Shown here in pieces: positions 28,653-38,899 of a stretch of DNA of 64,000 bases. Both the position numbers and the translations under genes were made by a program. The stretch lies in contig JBAZMS010000001.1 of NCBI GenBank assembly GCA_041649555.1, positions 11,122 through 75,121 on the forward strand, written 5' to 3'. The stretch is from Candidatus Micrarchaeia archaeon. GTDB taxonomy: Archaea > Micrarchaeota > Micrarchaeia > Anstonellales > Bilamarchaeaceae. Positions within the stretch are counted from its first letter, which is position 1; every line of letters starts with the position of its first letter. The notes under the pieces are model-generated. The model was given only the letters and a program-made list of their open reading frames with translations. It had not been told where the DNA came from and did no database searches.

Positions 28653-29405
28653 ATGGTGAAAAATATGCCCCGTGGAAAAAGAATTAATATCGAAATGAAT
28701 GTTGATGATGCGATTATTGACAGATTCAGGGATATCGACCCTGAAAATATAAAACGGTCAAGAAGCAAGGTTGAAAAGTCTCTTTCAAGCTCAGTTAACT
28801 CTGTTTTTGAATCAGCGCAAAAACTTTATAAGACAAGAGCAACTGAAGATGATATACAAAAAAACAGGCTTTATTCTGTGCAGGACGCATATGACTATTT
28901 GAAAGGAAAGGGGCTTTATATATCATTCCGGGCATTTGGCGGAAGAATAGAACGGGGCACAGTGCCTTTTGTTAAAATTGGAAGAAAAAGATATATCCCG
29001 CAGGCAGTGCTTGAAGACATCTTAAATCTTGGAAATGATTTTTACACAGTACGCGATGCATTTGAGGAATACAAACAATCCAATAAAAAAATAAATTACC
29101 GGGCATTTATCGGAAGGGTTGAAAAAGGTTCAGTTCCATCAGTCAAAATTGGAACACGAAGATTAATCCCAAAAGATGCAGTTGAAGCCCTAACCCATGT
29201 AAGCAAGGATTATTTTTCTGTTTCAGAATCTCTTGAAAAACTCCACAAAAAAGGAATAAAAATCAGGAGAAATGCATTCGAAAGAAGATTAGACCGTGGA
29301 AGAATCCCGCACACAAAAGTTGGTGGAAGAAGATTTGTCAGAAACGATGTTTTGGATAAATTAATCCAGCTTGAGACTGAACTTCGGGAAAAAAAATTAA
29401 GGTAA
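28653..29405 (+). CDS. Protein with three tandem excisionase/MerR-like HTH domains
   Basis: Three repeats of (Y/F)(S/T)V....RG.(V/I)P..K.G.(K/R)R. Confidence 0.8.
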   Translation: MVKNMPRGKRINIEMNVDDAIIDRFRDIDPENIKRSRSKVEKSLSSSVNSVFESAQKLYKTRATEDDIQKNRLYSVQDAYDYLKGKGLYISFRAFGGRIERGTVPFVKIGRKRYIPQAVLEDILNLGNDFYTVRDAFEEYKQSNKKINYRAFIGRVEKGSVPSVKIGTRRLIPKDAVEALTHVSKDYFSVSESLEKLHKKGIKIRRNAFERRLDRGRIPHTKVGGRRFVRNDVLDKLIQLETELREKKLR

Positions 29406-29436
29406 TCTTTTATTTTATTCTTTTTATTTTATTATT

Positions 29437-31812
29437 ATGGAAAAATCCTTTTTTATAGATCTTGGTCAAAAAATTATCGATAATACTACTTATGCCGAGT
29501 TTATTCTTAAAAACGAAAACGGCGAAGTAAAAAAATTATTATACCAATTTGATCCGTATTTTTATGTCTCCTGCATGCCAAAAGAAAAATCCACTCTTGA
29601 AAAATTAGCAGTAAAATCAAAAACAGGGGAAATTATAACCCCTAAAAAAGTCGAATTTGTCCAAAAAGAAGTAGAAGGCACCATAAAAACCATTGCAAAA
29701 ATATCCTGCAACACTCCATTGGATGTTCCATTACTTAGGGATTTGATACCTTATCCTTGCCTGGAATCTGCAATATTATATGTTAAAAGAATTATGCTTG
29801 ATTTTGGAATAAAACCCTTTTCCATCCTTTCTTACACCTGCGAAGGCAATTTCATAAAAAAAATAAATAAAATTTCAGAATCCGGATCAATTCCCCTTTC
29901 CTTTCTATCATTTGATATAGAAACATATAATCCTTTTGGCGCCCCAAGGCCGGAAAAAGACCCAGTAATTATGATAAGCTATTGCACCTCTAAAAACTCC
30001 GGGGTGCTGACATATTCTAAAAAAACCAAAAAGAAATTTGTGGAATCCTTTGAAAACGAATCAGGCATAATAAAAAAATTATGCGAAATCATCTCCAAAA
30101 CCAATCCAGATATTATATTTGCCTACAATTCCAGCAATTTTGATATTCCCTATCTTCTCGAAAGATCCGGAATTCTTAAAATTGATTTTGAGCTTGGGCG
30201 ATGGGATAGTGATTTTAAAAAAATAAAAAAAGGGCTGACTTCAGGAATTCCTTTGAATGGAAGAATCCATCTTGATCTCTATCCAATGGCCAGATTTCTC
30301 GGCTTAATTGGAATCTTAAAATCCAAAAAATATACACTCGAGGCAGTATATAATGAACTTGGCTCTGACAAAAAAAAGATGATAGAGCGCCTTGACATTT
30401 GGAAAATGTGGGATGAAAACGACATAGAAGACCTCTGCCAGTATTCGTTAATGGATGCAAAAACAACTTATGAACTTGGGGAAATAATGCTGCCTCTTTT
30501 TTTAGAGCTCTCCAAACTTACCGGGCTTTCCTTGTTTGAGACAAGCCTTTCAACAACAGGGCAGATGGTTGAATTTCTTTTGATGCGAGAGAGTGTAAAA
30601 CAAAATATTATTATCCCCTCACGGCCAAAAGATTCTACAATTTCCCAAAGGCTTTCAAATCCAATTGAAGGGGCATTTGTCAAGATTCCAAACCCGGGAA
30701 TTTATGAAAATATCGTTGTTATGGATTTTCGCGGACTGTATCCATCAATAATAATCTCCTATAATATTGATCCGCATACGCTAACCGAATCAAAAATAGA
30801 TTCCCATCATTCCCCTGCTGGCTGGAACTTTAGAAAATCCCCAACAGGCCTTATTCCATCTGTTCTCAAAACCCTTGTAACTGAACGGGCAAAACTGAAA
30901 AAAGAGCTAAAAATGGAAAAAAATACAGAAAAATATAAATCCATAGAGGCAAAATCCCAATCCTATAAAATTATCTCAAATTCGTTTTATGGTTATCTTG
31001 GATATGCCCGGTCAAGATGGTATAGCAGAAAATGCGCAGAGTCTGTAACTGCATGGGGAAGGGCGCACATACAGAAAACTATCGAAAATGCAGAAAAAGC
31101 CGGATTTATTGTTCTTTATGGGGATACTGATTCTGTTTTCTTGTTGCAGGAAAAAAAGAGCAAGAAAGAAGTCATGGAATTTTTAAAAAGCATAAACAAG
31201 GATCTTCCAGAGGAGATGGAACTTGAACTCGAAGGATTTTTTCCATCCGGCGTTTTTGTCGGAAAAAAATCCGAAGAAAAAGGAGCAAAGAAAAAATATG
31301 CTCTTTTAGCCGAGGATGGCTTAATAAAAATCAGGGGTTTTGAACTTGTAAGAAGGGATTGGTCTAATATTGCAAAAAAAACACAGCGAAGGGTCCTTGA
31401 AATAATTTTAAAAGAAAAAGACAAGGAAAAAGCTGCAAAAGTTGTAAAAGATACGATTACAGAGCTAAAAACAGGAAAGGTTGTTTTATCTGATCTTGCA
31501 ATCTATACCCAGATAAGCAAGGACCCTAAAAAATACGATTTGATAAGCCCTGAAATATCTGCTGCAAGAAAAGCAATAGAAAAAGGAGTGCCAATCCCCA
31601 AAGGAAGTTTGATTAGCTATGTAATCACCAAAAAGGGGAAAACAATTTCAGAGAAAGCCGAATTAACCCAATTTGCAAAAGATTATGATGCAGATTATTA
31701 TATCAATAATCAAGTGCTTCCATCAGTTATGAAAATATTAAAAGAGCTTGGTTTTTCACATGAGGATTTAAAGTTTGGCGGCAAACAAACAGGCCTTGGC
31801 GGATTTTTATAA
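29437..31812 (+). CDS. polB: Family B DNA polymerase
   Basis: FDIET, NFDIPYL, DFRGLYPSII, KIISNSFYG, YGDTDS; PIP-like QTGLGGFL. Confidence 0.96.
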   Translation: MEKSFFIDLGQKIIDNTTYAEFILKNENGEVKKLLYQFDPYFYVSCMPKEKSTLEKLAVKSKTGEIITPKKVEFVQKEVEGTIKTIAKISCNTPLDVPLLRDLIPYPCLESAILYVKRIMLDFGIKPFSILSYTCEGNFIKKINKISESGSIPLSFLSFDIETYNPFGAPRPEKDPVIMISYCTSKNSGVLTYSKKTKKKFVESFENESGIIKKLCEIISKTNPDIIFAYNSSNFDIPYLLERSGILKIDFELGRWDSDFKKIKKGLTSGIPLNGRIHLDLYPMARFLGLIGILKSKKYTLEAVYNELGSDKKKMIERLDIWKMWDENDIEDLCQYSLMDAKTTYELGEIMLPLFLELSKLTGLSLFETSLSTTGQMVEFLLMRESVKQNIIIPSRPKDSTISQRLSNPIEGAFVKIPNPGIYENIVVMDFRGLYPSIIISYNIDPHTLTESKIDSHHSPAGWNFRKSPTGLIPSVLKTLVTERAKLKKELKMEKNTEKYKSIEAKSQSYKIISNSFYGYLGYARSRWYSRKCAESVTAWGRAHIQKTIENAEKAGFIVLYGDTDSVFLLQEKKSKKEVMEFLKSINKDLPEEMELELEGFFPSGVFVGKKSEEKGAKKKYALLAEDGLIKIRGFELVRRDWSNIAKKTQRRVLEIILKEKDKEKAAKVVKDTITELKTGKVVLSDLAIYTQISKDPKKYDLISPEISAARKAIEKGVPIPKGSLISYVITKKGKTISEKAELTQFAKDYDADYYINNQVLPSVMKILKELGFSHEDLKFGGKQTGLGGFL

Positions 31813-31847
31813 TCCTTTAAATATTTTTTGCAATTAAAAGGAAACCT

Positions 31848-32588
31848 ATGAGAGTTGCGTTTAAGAAAATGTCATCCAAAAAGAAAACAATCACACACTC
31901 TCTTTTAAATAAGGGAATAATTGCCGCCAGCTCAATTTGTCTTGCCGTCTCGGTGTTATCTTGCATGCATCAAAAGACAACCCCGAAATTCAATACCTGC
32001 GAGCCTGCCATAAGTGTTTATGCTCCAAAACCCAGTGAAAAAAAATCTTTTGAAAAACTTATTTCTGAAATGCAGGAATTAGAAAAAATGAAGCAAGAAA
32101 AAGATGCAATAGGCAGCATTTTGGCCTGCATAGATACAATCACCTGCCTTGGAATCAATATGGCAAGCAAAAAACCAGAGCATAGAATTGAAACATCCGG
32201 CTATATCCCCCCTATTTTATCCGAATGCGAGTTAATTGATTTCCGCATCTTAAATATACTGGAAAAATCAATGCAGGATAAACAGGATCAGGTAAGAATC
32301 AATGCCTCAAAAACACTTTCACACCTTATTTTTTTACTTAAAAGTAGTGATGCCAAAAACAATGTTTCTTTTTGGGCGCGGGTATTTGCAATATATCCGG
32401 ATTATTTCAAACCCGGAAAAACAAAAACATCATTTAGAACAGAAAGTGTTATCTTTAGCGTGTTGGCAATACTTTCAACTGCAAAAAAAGATTCAAATCC
32501 GCTTGTAAGATCAAATGCAATTAATGCAGAAGGGTTATTATACGAGAATACCCCAGTTCTGGCTGCAAACATTTTACCAGTGCGATAA
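31848..32588 (+). CDS. Hypothetical protein with signal/lipobox and HEAT-like repeats
   Basis: Basic N-terminus, hydrophobic stretch ending VLSC; DKQDQVRINA and DSNPLVRSNA. Confidence 0.55.
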   Translation: MRVAFKKMSSKKKTITHSLLNKGIIAASSICLAVSVLSCMHQKTTPKFNTCEPAISVYAPKPSEKKSFEKLISEMQELEKMKQEKDAIGSILACIDTITCLGINMASKKPEHRIETSGYIPPILSECELIDFRILNILEKSMQDKQDQVRINASKTLSHLIFLLKSSDAKNNVSFWARVFAIYPDYFKPGKTKTSFRTESVIFSVLAILSTAKKDSNPLVRSNAINAEGLLYENTPVLAANILPVR

Positions 32589-32655
32589 AGCAAACACTAT
32601 ATTTATAAATACTAACCTCTATAATTATTTCCACAAATTTCCTATCAGTGATAAC

Positions 32656-33165
32656 ATGATTTCTGAAGAATCAAGAGAAGAAATAAAAAAACTTGAAGAC
32701 CGAAAACTTGTTCTAATCCAATCTATAAAAAAATTAAATGATAGGAAGAAATACAAAACATACGAACAAAAAGCATTAGGGCCATTTGTCGAAAAAACAA
32801 AAGATGTCCGGACAGGAAATATCAGGAGGGGAATAAAATCTGTTGAATTCAGGATTGCAACCCAGGCATACACCCCAAAAAAAGAAAAAGACCTTATAAA
32901 AGAGCTGAAAAAATTAGAATCCGATTACTCAAAAGTAAGAGAGGTTGAACGGGCAAGAAGAAAACTTTCATTGGTTTCATCAGATTTAATCCAGATAGAT
33001 AATGAGATTCTAAAAATTGAAGAAGAGCTTAAAAAAATAAGGGAAACCCTTCAGGAGCATTATAAAAAACAAAAATTCAATAGGTTTGCAAAAAGCAAAG
33101 GAGTGACAATTGGAAGGCAGGAAGAGGAGTTTTCGCTAATGGACCTTGCCCAGCTTGAAAATTGA
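32656..33165 (+). CDS. Archaeal coiled-coil protein (COG1340-like)
   Basis: Heptads; EFRIATQAYTPKKEKDLIKE. Confidence 0.6.
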   Translation: MISEESREEIKKLEDRKLVLIQSIKKLNDRKKYKTYEQKALGPFVEKTKDVRTGNIRRGIKSVEFRIATQAYTPKKEKDLIKELKKLESDYSKVREVERARRKLSLVSSDLIQIDNEILKIEEELKKIRETLQEHYKKQKFNRFAKSKGVTIGRQEEEFSLMDLAQLEN

Positions 33166-33254
33166 AAAACCCGCGCAAACTAACATCGCACAACCATTTG
33201 CAAAACATTTGATTTATATATTTTTTCTATATAATTACTACAAAGAGGTCTATT

Positions 33255-34136
33255 ATGCAGGATAAATCATTTCTTTTAAAATCCGGCTTGGCGCAGATGC
33301 TAAAAGGCGGGGTAATAATGGATGTTACAAATCCAGAGCAGGCCAAAATTGCAGAAAACGCAGGAGCTGTTGCAGTAATGGCGCTTGAAAGAGTTCCAGC
33401 AGACATAAGAACCCAGGGAGGGGTTGCAAGAATGTCTGATCCAAAAATGATTCTTGAAATAAAAAAAGCAGTTTCAATTCCAGTTATGGCAAAATGCAGG
33501 ATTGGCCATTTTGCAGAAGCACAAATACTTGAGGCAATAAAGGTTGATTATATTGATGAAAGCGAGGTTTTAACCCCGGCAGATGATAAATACCACATCG
33601 AAAAGACAAGATTCAAGGTTCCGTTTGTCTGTGGTGCAAGAAACTTAGGAGAAGCCCTTAGAAGACTAAATGAAGGCGCAGCAATGATTAGAACCAAAGG
33701 AGAGGCAGGCTCAGGAAATATTGTTGAGGCAGTAAAACATATAAGAACAATAAAAGAGGAAATCGATGAACTTAATTTGATGAATGCAAAAGAACTGGAA
33801 AAAAAAGCAAAGGAATACCGCGTTCCAATAAAATTGGTGGAGAACACAAAAGAACTCAAAAGATTGCCGGTTGTTAATTTTGCTGCAGGAGGAATTGCAA
33901 CACCTGCTGATGCCTCGTTATGCATGCAGCTTGGAGTTGACGGAGTATTTGTTGGTTCTGGAATATTTAAATCAAATGACCCGCAAAAAAGAGCAAAAGC
34001 AATAGTGGATGCAACAGCACATTTCAATGATCCTGAAAGAGTTGCAAAAGCATCAGAAGGCCTTGGGGAAGCAATGAAAGGGCTTGATGTTGCCTCAATG
34101 AAGGAAGAAGAACGGCTTGCAAAAAGAGGAATCTAA
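33255..34136 (+). CDS. pdxS: PLP synthase lyase subunit
   Basis: [33 protein letters not shown]. Confidence 0.97.
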   Translation: MQDKSFLLKSGLAQMLKGGVIMDVTNPEQAKIAENAGAVAVMALERVPADIRTQGGVARMSDPKMILEIKKAVSIPVMAKCRIGHFAEAQILEAIKVDYIDESEVLTPADDKYHIEKTRFKVPFVCGARNLGEALRRLNEGAAMIRTKGEAGSGNIVEAVKHIRTIKEEIDELNLMNAKELEKKAKEYRVPIKLVENTKELKRLPVVNFAAGGIATPADASLCMQLGVDGVFVGSGIFKSNDPQKRAKAIVDATAHFNDPERVAKASEGLGEAMKGLDVASMKEEERLAKRGI

Positions 34137-34893
34137 ATTGAAATATTATTCTTTTTTAAAAACACTTGCAAAAAATGCAGGAAAAATAATAGAGGCAGGA
34201 TATTTTGGAGAAATTAATTTTAAGGAAAAGAGCACGCAGGATTACATCACCCAGTTTGATATAAGGGTTGAAAAATTCATAAAAAAACAACTCTCAAAAA
34301 AATATCCAACCCACAATATTCTTGCAGAAGAAAGCGGTTCTTCTGATGATAAAAAATCAGATTATTTATGGATAATTGATCCAATAGACGGGACAACAAA
34401 TTTTATTCACAAAATCCCGATGTGCGCGATTTCAATTGCCCTTGAATATAAAAAAAAGCTTATCGCAGGGCTGGTTTATAACCCAATTACCAAAGAATTT
34501 TTTTATGCTGAAAAAAATTCGGGTGCATATCTGAATGGAAAAAAATTAAGAATAGGAAACAGCCCAAAAATAAAAGACTGGTTTCTTGCATGGTGCTATC
34601 CGGATTCAATGAGAAATGAAAAAGGTATAAAAAGAATTTTTGACTTGTTTTATCCAAAATGCCTTCGAATTACAAAACTTGGAAGTGCTGCAATCGAGCT
34701 TGCCTATGTTGCATCCGGAAGGGTTGATGGCTACATTTCAACAGGCTTGAAAAAATGGGATTATGCCGCAGGAGAGCTGATTGTAAAAGAGGCAGGAGGA
34801 GTGCTTTTAAAAGAAAGAATAGGAAAAGGTAATCTGTTTATTGCATCCTCAAAAAAGAATGCAAAAATCATTCTTGCCATGCTTAGGGATTAA
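34117..34893 (+). CDS. suhB: Inositol monophosphatase family protein (start uncertain)
   Basis: [21 protein letters not shown]. Confidence 0.88.
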   Translation: MQKEESKLKYYSFLKTLAKNAGKIIEAGYFGEINFKEKSTQDYITQFDIRVEKFIKKQLSKKYPTHNILAEESGSSDDKKSDYLWIIDPIDGTTNFIHKIPMCAISIALEYKKKLIAGLVYNPITKEFFYAEKNSGAYLNGKKLRIGNSPKIKDWFLAWCYPDSMRNEKGIKRIFDLFYPKCLRITKLGSAAIELAYVASGRVDGYISTGLKKWDYAAGELIVKEAGGVLLKERIGKGNLFIASSKKNAKIILAMLRD

Positions 34894-34977
34894 ATGTTAT
34901 TTAAATAGGCAACTTATAGGTTTTTAAAGTTAATTCTTCATATAATATCATTAATATTAACAAAATGAGGTGTGTAT

Positions 34978-35877
34978 ATGGCAGGAGTTCAAATTCATGG
35001 AAAACAAGTATTAAAAGTTAGGGTTGGGGGCCAGATAACAAATTTGCTGGTTCTTTGTGGCAATGGTTCAACAAGGCCTTTTGATGTTCATCCCTTGGTT
35101 GAAGAGTTCAATAAAGAGAATAACACAAACCTCAGAGTCGTATCCCACAGAGTTGCTGATGCTGCACAAATGACTAGTGAAGTCTGGAGACAACTTCCAT
35201 CCTATGTTGTTGATGCTTCAATTGCCTATGAAAGGCCGGGCACAAAATTAGGAAAGGAAATAGTATTTTTCAGCAGCGGAAACCCAAAAGTGGTTTTATC
35301 AACAGGTAAATACAAAGGGGAAAAAGATGTGGCTCTTGTAGCTTTGGGATTGACTTCTGCTGATTTTATTAAAGATGAAAATTCAATTGTTTTGGCTATT
35401 CCAGACAGCAGATTGATAGTTGTTCCAAATTTCCCAGGTTCAGATGGCTGGTATATACCACATGCTGAGACTGGAGTTCCTCATGGAAAGAGAGTAAATG
35501 CTAGACAAGATGCTAGATATCTTTCGAGATTGTATACTTCTTCATATGTGGGCCCTGTTGCCCGCGGCTACGACGGCCTCGACGGCAACGGCGGGCAGGG
35601 TGTCGGCCTCGACTTCAGGCCGTCGGGTGGTCTCGGGGTGGTGGTAGAAGTCCCCGAAGGGGACGTTGCGAAAATCGAGGCGCTTCTTAAGCCAGCTAGA
35701 GCATCCGAAATTGACAACAAAACAGCCATTGAGGTGCCGGGCATTTCACTTAAGAAATTAAGTGGTCTTTATCAGGAGGCAACAAAAGCTGTTTTGAAAT
35801 TGAATGGAGTAGTTGATGCCAAGCTTTTAGAACCAATTCAAGAATTATTAAAATATTTGGGAAAAGCAAGGTTTTAA
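34978..35877 (+). CDS. Putative DGR target protein with internal variable region
   Basis: Orphan containing a GC-rich NNC-codon segment (VARGYDGLDGNGGQGVGLDFRPSGGLGV) and a downstream hairpin. Confidence 0.7.
   Translation: MAGVQIHGKQVLKVRVGGQITNLLVLCGNGSTRPFDVHPLVEEFNKENNTNLRVVSHRVADAAQMTSEVWRQLPSYVVDASIAYERPGTKLGKEIVFFSSGNPKVVLSTGKYKGEKDVALVALGLTSADFIKDENSIVLAIPDSRLIVVPNFPGSDGWYIPHAETGVPHGKRVNARQDARYLSRLYTSSYVGPVARGYDGLDGNGGQGVGLDFRPSGGLGVVVEVPEGDVAKIEALLKPARASEIDNKTAIEVPGISLKKLSGLYQEATKAVLKLNGVVDAKLLEPIQELLKYLGKARF
35548..35646 (+). mobile_element. Putative DGR variable region (VR)
   Basis: 67/90 G+C at 35551-35640; run of NNC codons GGC TAC GAC GGC CTC GAC GGC AAC GGC. Confidence 0.7.
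35650..35664. other. GTCCCC-GAA-GGGGAC hairpin, DGR cis-element-like
   Basis: Perfect 6-bp GC-rich stem with a 3-nt GAA loop directly after the VR-like patch. Confidence 0.7.
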
Positions 35878-35909
35878 TATTCACATCAATACCAGAACTA
35901 TCTATCAAG

Positions 35910-35925
35910 CAAGGTCATAACCTTG
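35910..35925 (+). terminator. Stem-loop CAAGGT-CATA-ACCTTG followed by T-tracts
   Basis: Perfect 6-bp stem downstream of the stop codon. Confidence 0.4.
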
Positions 35926-35974
35926 AGGTAGCTAGTATTATCCTTTTTATTTTTATCAGCACAAGATATTAAAT

Positions 35975-36532
35975 GTGAAAATTGGAATTTTATCACTGCA
36001 GGGCGATGTAATAGAGCATTTTAATGCCACAAAAAGAGCAGCCGAAGAATTAAAACCAGATGCACTAATAACCGAGGTAAGGGAAAAAAAAGATTTTGAA
36101 AATTTAAATGCCCTGATTATTCCCGGAGGAGAAAGTACAACTCTAATGAAATTACTCCAAAGGGAAGATCTAATTGAAGAAATAAAAAAAATAAGAAATA
36201 TTTTTGGAACCTGCGCCGGTGCAATTCTTCTTTCAAAATCCCATCTGGATTTAATGGATATTGAAGTGGAAAGAAATGCCTATGGATCGCAATTGGATTC
36301 CTTTTCAAAAAAAATCCACACTTCACTTGGTGAAATAGAAGGGATTTTTATAAGAGCCCCAAAAATAAAGTCTTTTGGCAGGAATGTTTCGATATTTGCA
36401 AAAAATAGAAATGAAATTGTCGGTGTTGAGCAGAAAAAAAAAGAAAATTATTATCTGGCAGTTACTTTCCATCCAGAGCTTTCAGGTACAAAAATACATA
36501 AATATTTTATCCAAAAAATTGAACAAAAATAA
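35975..36532 (+). CDS. pdxT: PLP synthase glutaminase subunit
   Basis: LQGDV, PGGEST, GTCAG, RNAYGSQ, FIRAP, FHPE. Confidence 0.95.
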   Translation: MKIGILSLQGDVIEHFNATKRAAEELKPDALITEVREKKDFENLNALIIPGGESTTLMKLLQREDLIEEIKKIRNIFGTCAGAILLSKSHLDLMDIEVERNAYGSQLDSFSKKIHTSLGEIEGIFIRAPKIKSFGRNVSIFAKNRNEIVGVEQKKKENYYLAVTFHPELSGTKIHKYFIQKIEQK

Positions 36533-37432
36533 TTATTTCGTGAGTATTTCAACACCATCAGATAAGACAAGGATTGTGTGTTCTGCCTGTGAAACAAGCC
36601 CGTCTCCGGAATCTTTTAAAACAGGATACGCCCTTATTACCTGCTCTCTTAAGAGTTCTTTTAGGGCCGCAGAAACTGATAATCTTGAAGGAAATTTTTT
36701 ATTAAGCCATCTTTCAGAAAAAGGCAGCAGTTCATATTCTCCGATGATATGATTTAAAATTTGCCGCGATTGCCTCATCTTAACAGGGCTTAATGAATAA
36801 AGGCTAAATATCTCCACTTGGTCTAAATCTGAAACAAAACCAGAGCCAGTGCTTGCAAAAGGTTCGATTGCATAAATTTCCCCCTCCTGCACTTCATAGG
36901 GGTCAGTTGTTTTTACATTTGGAACATCAATACCTGAATGCAATAATCCAGTAGTTATTTTATGGCCTGTAAGATTGGAAACAGGCTTAAAACCAAAGGA
37001 TTTTATCCTCTCTTCTATGACCCCTCCAATATCTCCTATTTTTGCGCCGGGTTTGATAAACTCAATTGCACTATTTAATGCCTCTTCTGAGGCCTGCACC
37101 AAACTCTTGTTTTTTTCAGATAAGTCTATTGTATAAGCAGTATCCCCAATCCCCCCATGAATATCAACCCCAATATCTATTTTTACAACATCTTCTTCTC
37201 CGAGCAATTCTTTGGTATTGCTTTCAGGGGTATAATGTGCAGCAATTGAATTAAGTGAAACATTTACAGGAAATGCAGGCCTTCCTCCTTCATCATAAAT
37301 CATTTTTTCTATGGTTTCTGCAATATCCAAAATGCTTTCTCCCGGCATAATAAGTTTTTTGCTTTCCTCTCTTATTCGTGCTGCCATCTTTCCGGCGTTT
37401 CTAAAATCATCAATATTAATATCCTCGTTCAT
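36533..37432 (-). CDS. map: Methionine aminopeptidase type II
   Basis: AFPVN, AAHYTP, KIDIG, DTA, NLTGH, AIEPF, QAEHT. Confidence 0.95.
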   Translation of the reverse strand: MNEDINIDDFRNAGKMAARIREESKKLIMPGESILDIAETIEKMIYDEGGRPAFPVNVSLNSIAAHYTPESNTKELLGEEDVVKIDIGVDIHGGIGDTAYTIDLSEKNKSLVQASEEALNSAIEFIKPGAKIGDIGGVIEERIKSFGFKPVSNLTGHKITTGLLHSGIDVPNVKTTDPYEVQEGEIYAIEPFASTGSGFVSDLDQVEIFSLYSLSPVKMRQSRQILNHIIGEYELLPFSERWLNKKFPSRLSVSAALKELLREQVIRAYPVLKDSGDGLVSQAEHTILVLSDGVEILTK

Positions 37433-37483
37433 AATAATCAAATATATTTGAAAGGAAAAATATTAAATTGGATTTACAGCCAG

Positions 37484-38806
37484 TTATTCCAAATTAGACA
37501 AAATTATTTTTCGTATATCTGCTGCCATTTTTTCAAGCCTTGTTTTTTCCAAGTATTCCATAGTCATCCTTATAAATGGTTCTGTTCCTGAAGCCCTTAT
37601 TAAAAACCATCCATCCTGCTGGTCAATTCGTATCCCATCATCATCCCGTATGCTTCCAACAAATTTTGCATCCTTTTTTATTTTTTCAATAATTTTATAT
37701 TTTTTTGAGTTATCACATTCAAATTTTTCCCTAACCATCGGATAACAAGGGTATTTTTCCCTTAACTCTGACAATTTTTTCTGCATGCAAAAAATTTCTG
37801 CAAATTTTGCCCCAGTTAAAATCCCATCCGGAGAACAGACTCCATCCTTAAAAATATACTCCCCACATGGCTCTCCTCCAAACACTGCGTTTTCTTTTTG
37901 CAGGGCTTTTGAAACAAAAAGGCTTCCAACAGGGGTTATTATTGGCAATGCCCCTGCTTTTTCAATTGTTTTTTTCACAATTAAAGATGCCTCGATAGTT
38001 GTAATAATTTTTTTTGCAGGCGTTTTGTTTTTTTTCATTTCATTTTCAATTATAGCTGCAAGCTGAACATCTAGTGGAAATACCACTCCTTTTTCATCAA
38101 CAATTACTGCCCTGTCTGCATCTCCATCATACCCGATTCCAAAATCCGCGGATTCTTCAACCACTCTTTTTGATAAAATGAGTAAATTTTTTGAGTTGGG
38201 TTCAGATGGCCTTTCAAATTTTTCAAGAGAAGTGTGAATTGAGACAACCCTGCAGCCAATCTCCTCCATTAATTTTGGGGCGATTACTGATGCAGGACCG
38301 TTGCAGTCTAAAACCACTTTTGGTTTTTTCGCTTGTATTAATTTCAAATCTATCAGTTTTTTTATCAGATTTTTATGTTCTAAAACTGCGTTTTCATAAA
38401 TTCTTACAACACCTGTCTTGTTCCAATTGCAAAATGATATCCTATTTTCACAGTATGCTTTTGTGATTTTTTCTTCCGTTTCTCTTGAAATTTCCAGTCC
38501 TTTTGAAAATAATTTTAATCCATTATATTCAGGTGGGTTATGCGATGCAGTAACCATAATTCCGTTACAATTTAGATTTTTGCAGGCAAGTGCAAGGGTG
38601 GGGGTTGGAACAATTCCAATATCTATTGCATCTTTTCCTTTTGATAAGACTCCTGAAACAAGAGCCAGGGACAATACCTTTCCAGAACCTCTGATATCTC
38701 TTCCAATAACTGTCGTTTCACCTGCTGACAAATTTCCGATTTTTAAAGCTAATTCTCCGGTTACCTCTTTTCCATAAAGTCCTCTTATTCCGCTTGTTCC
38801 AAACAT
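37484..38806 (-). CDS. Phosphoglucosamine mutase / phosphomannomutase
   Basis: FGTSGIRG, TASHNP, DGDADR, GGEPCG, RASGTEP. Confidence 0.92.
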   Translation of the reverse strand: MFGTSGIRGLYGKEVTGELALKIGNLSAGETTVIGRDIRGSGKVLSLALVSGVLSKGKDAIDIGIVPTPTLALACKNLNCNGIMVTASHNPPEYNGLKLFSKGLEISRETEEKITKAYCENRISFCNWNKTGVVRIYENAVLEHKNLIKKLIDLKLIQAKKPKVVLDCNGPASVIAPKLMEEIGCRVVSIHTSLEKFERPSEPNSKNLLILSKRVVEESADFGIGYDGDADRAVIVDEKGVVFPLDVQLAAIIENEMKKNKTPAKKIITTIEASLIVKKTIEKAGALPIITPVGSLFVSKALQKENAVFGGEPCGEYIFKDGVCSPDGILTGAKFAEIFCMQKKLSELREKYPCYPMVREKFECDNSKKYKIIEKIKKDAKFVGSIRDDDGIRIDQQDGWFLIRASGTEPFIRMTMEYLEKTRLEKMAADIRKIILSNLE

Positions 38807-38899
38807 AAAAACACAGAACTCTTATAAATAAAATATAAGATAATATTTATTAATAAAACACTTAGATTTAAAAACCTAATCATACATATATAAACACTA

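Noticed and set aside
27123..29405. Integrated element at tRNA-Arg with an excisionase
   Set aside because: No integrase and no duplicated tRNA 3' end; the nearby GGGCCCG match is only 7 bp; the following genes are core
35548..35646. Complete DGR cassette within the window
   Set aside because: No AAC-rich template repeat, reverse transcriptase or Avd found by eye
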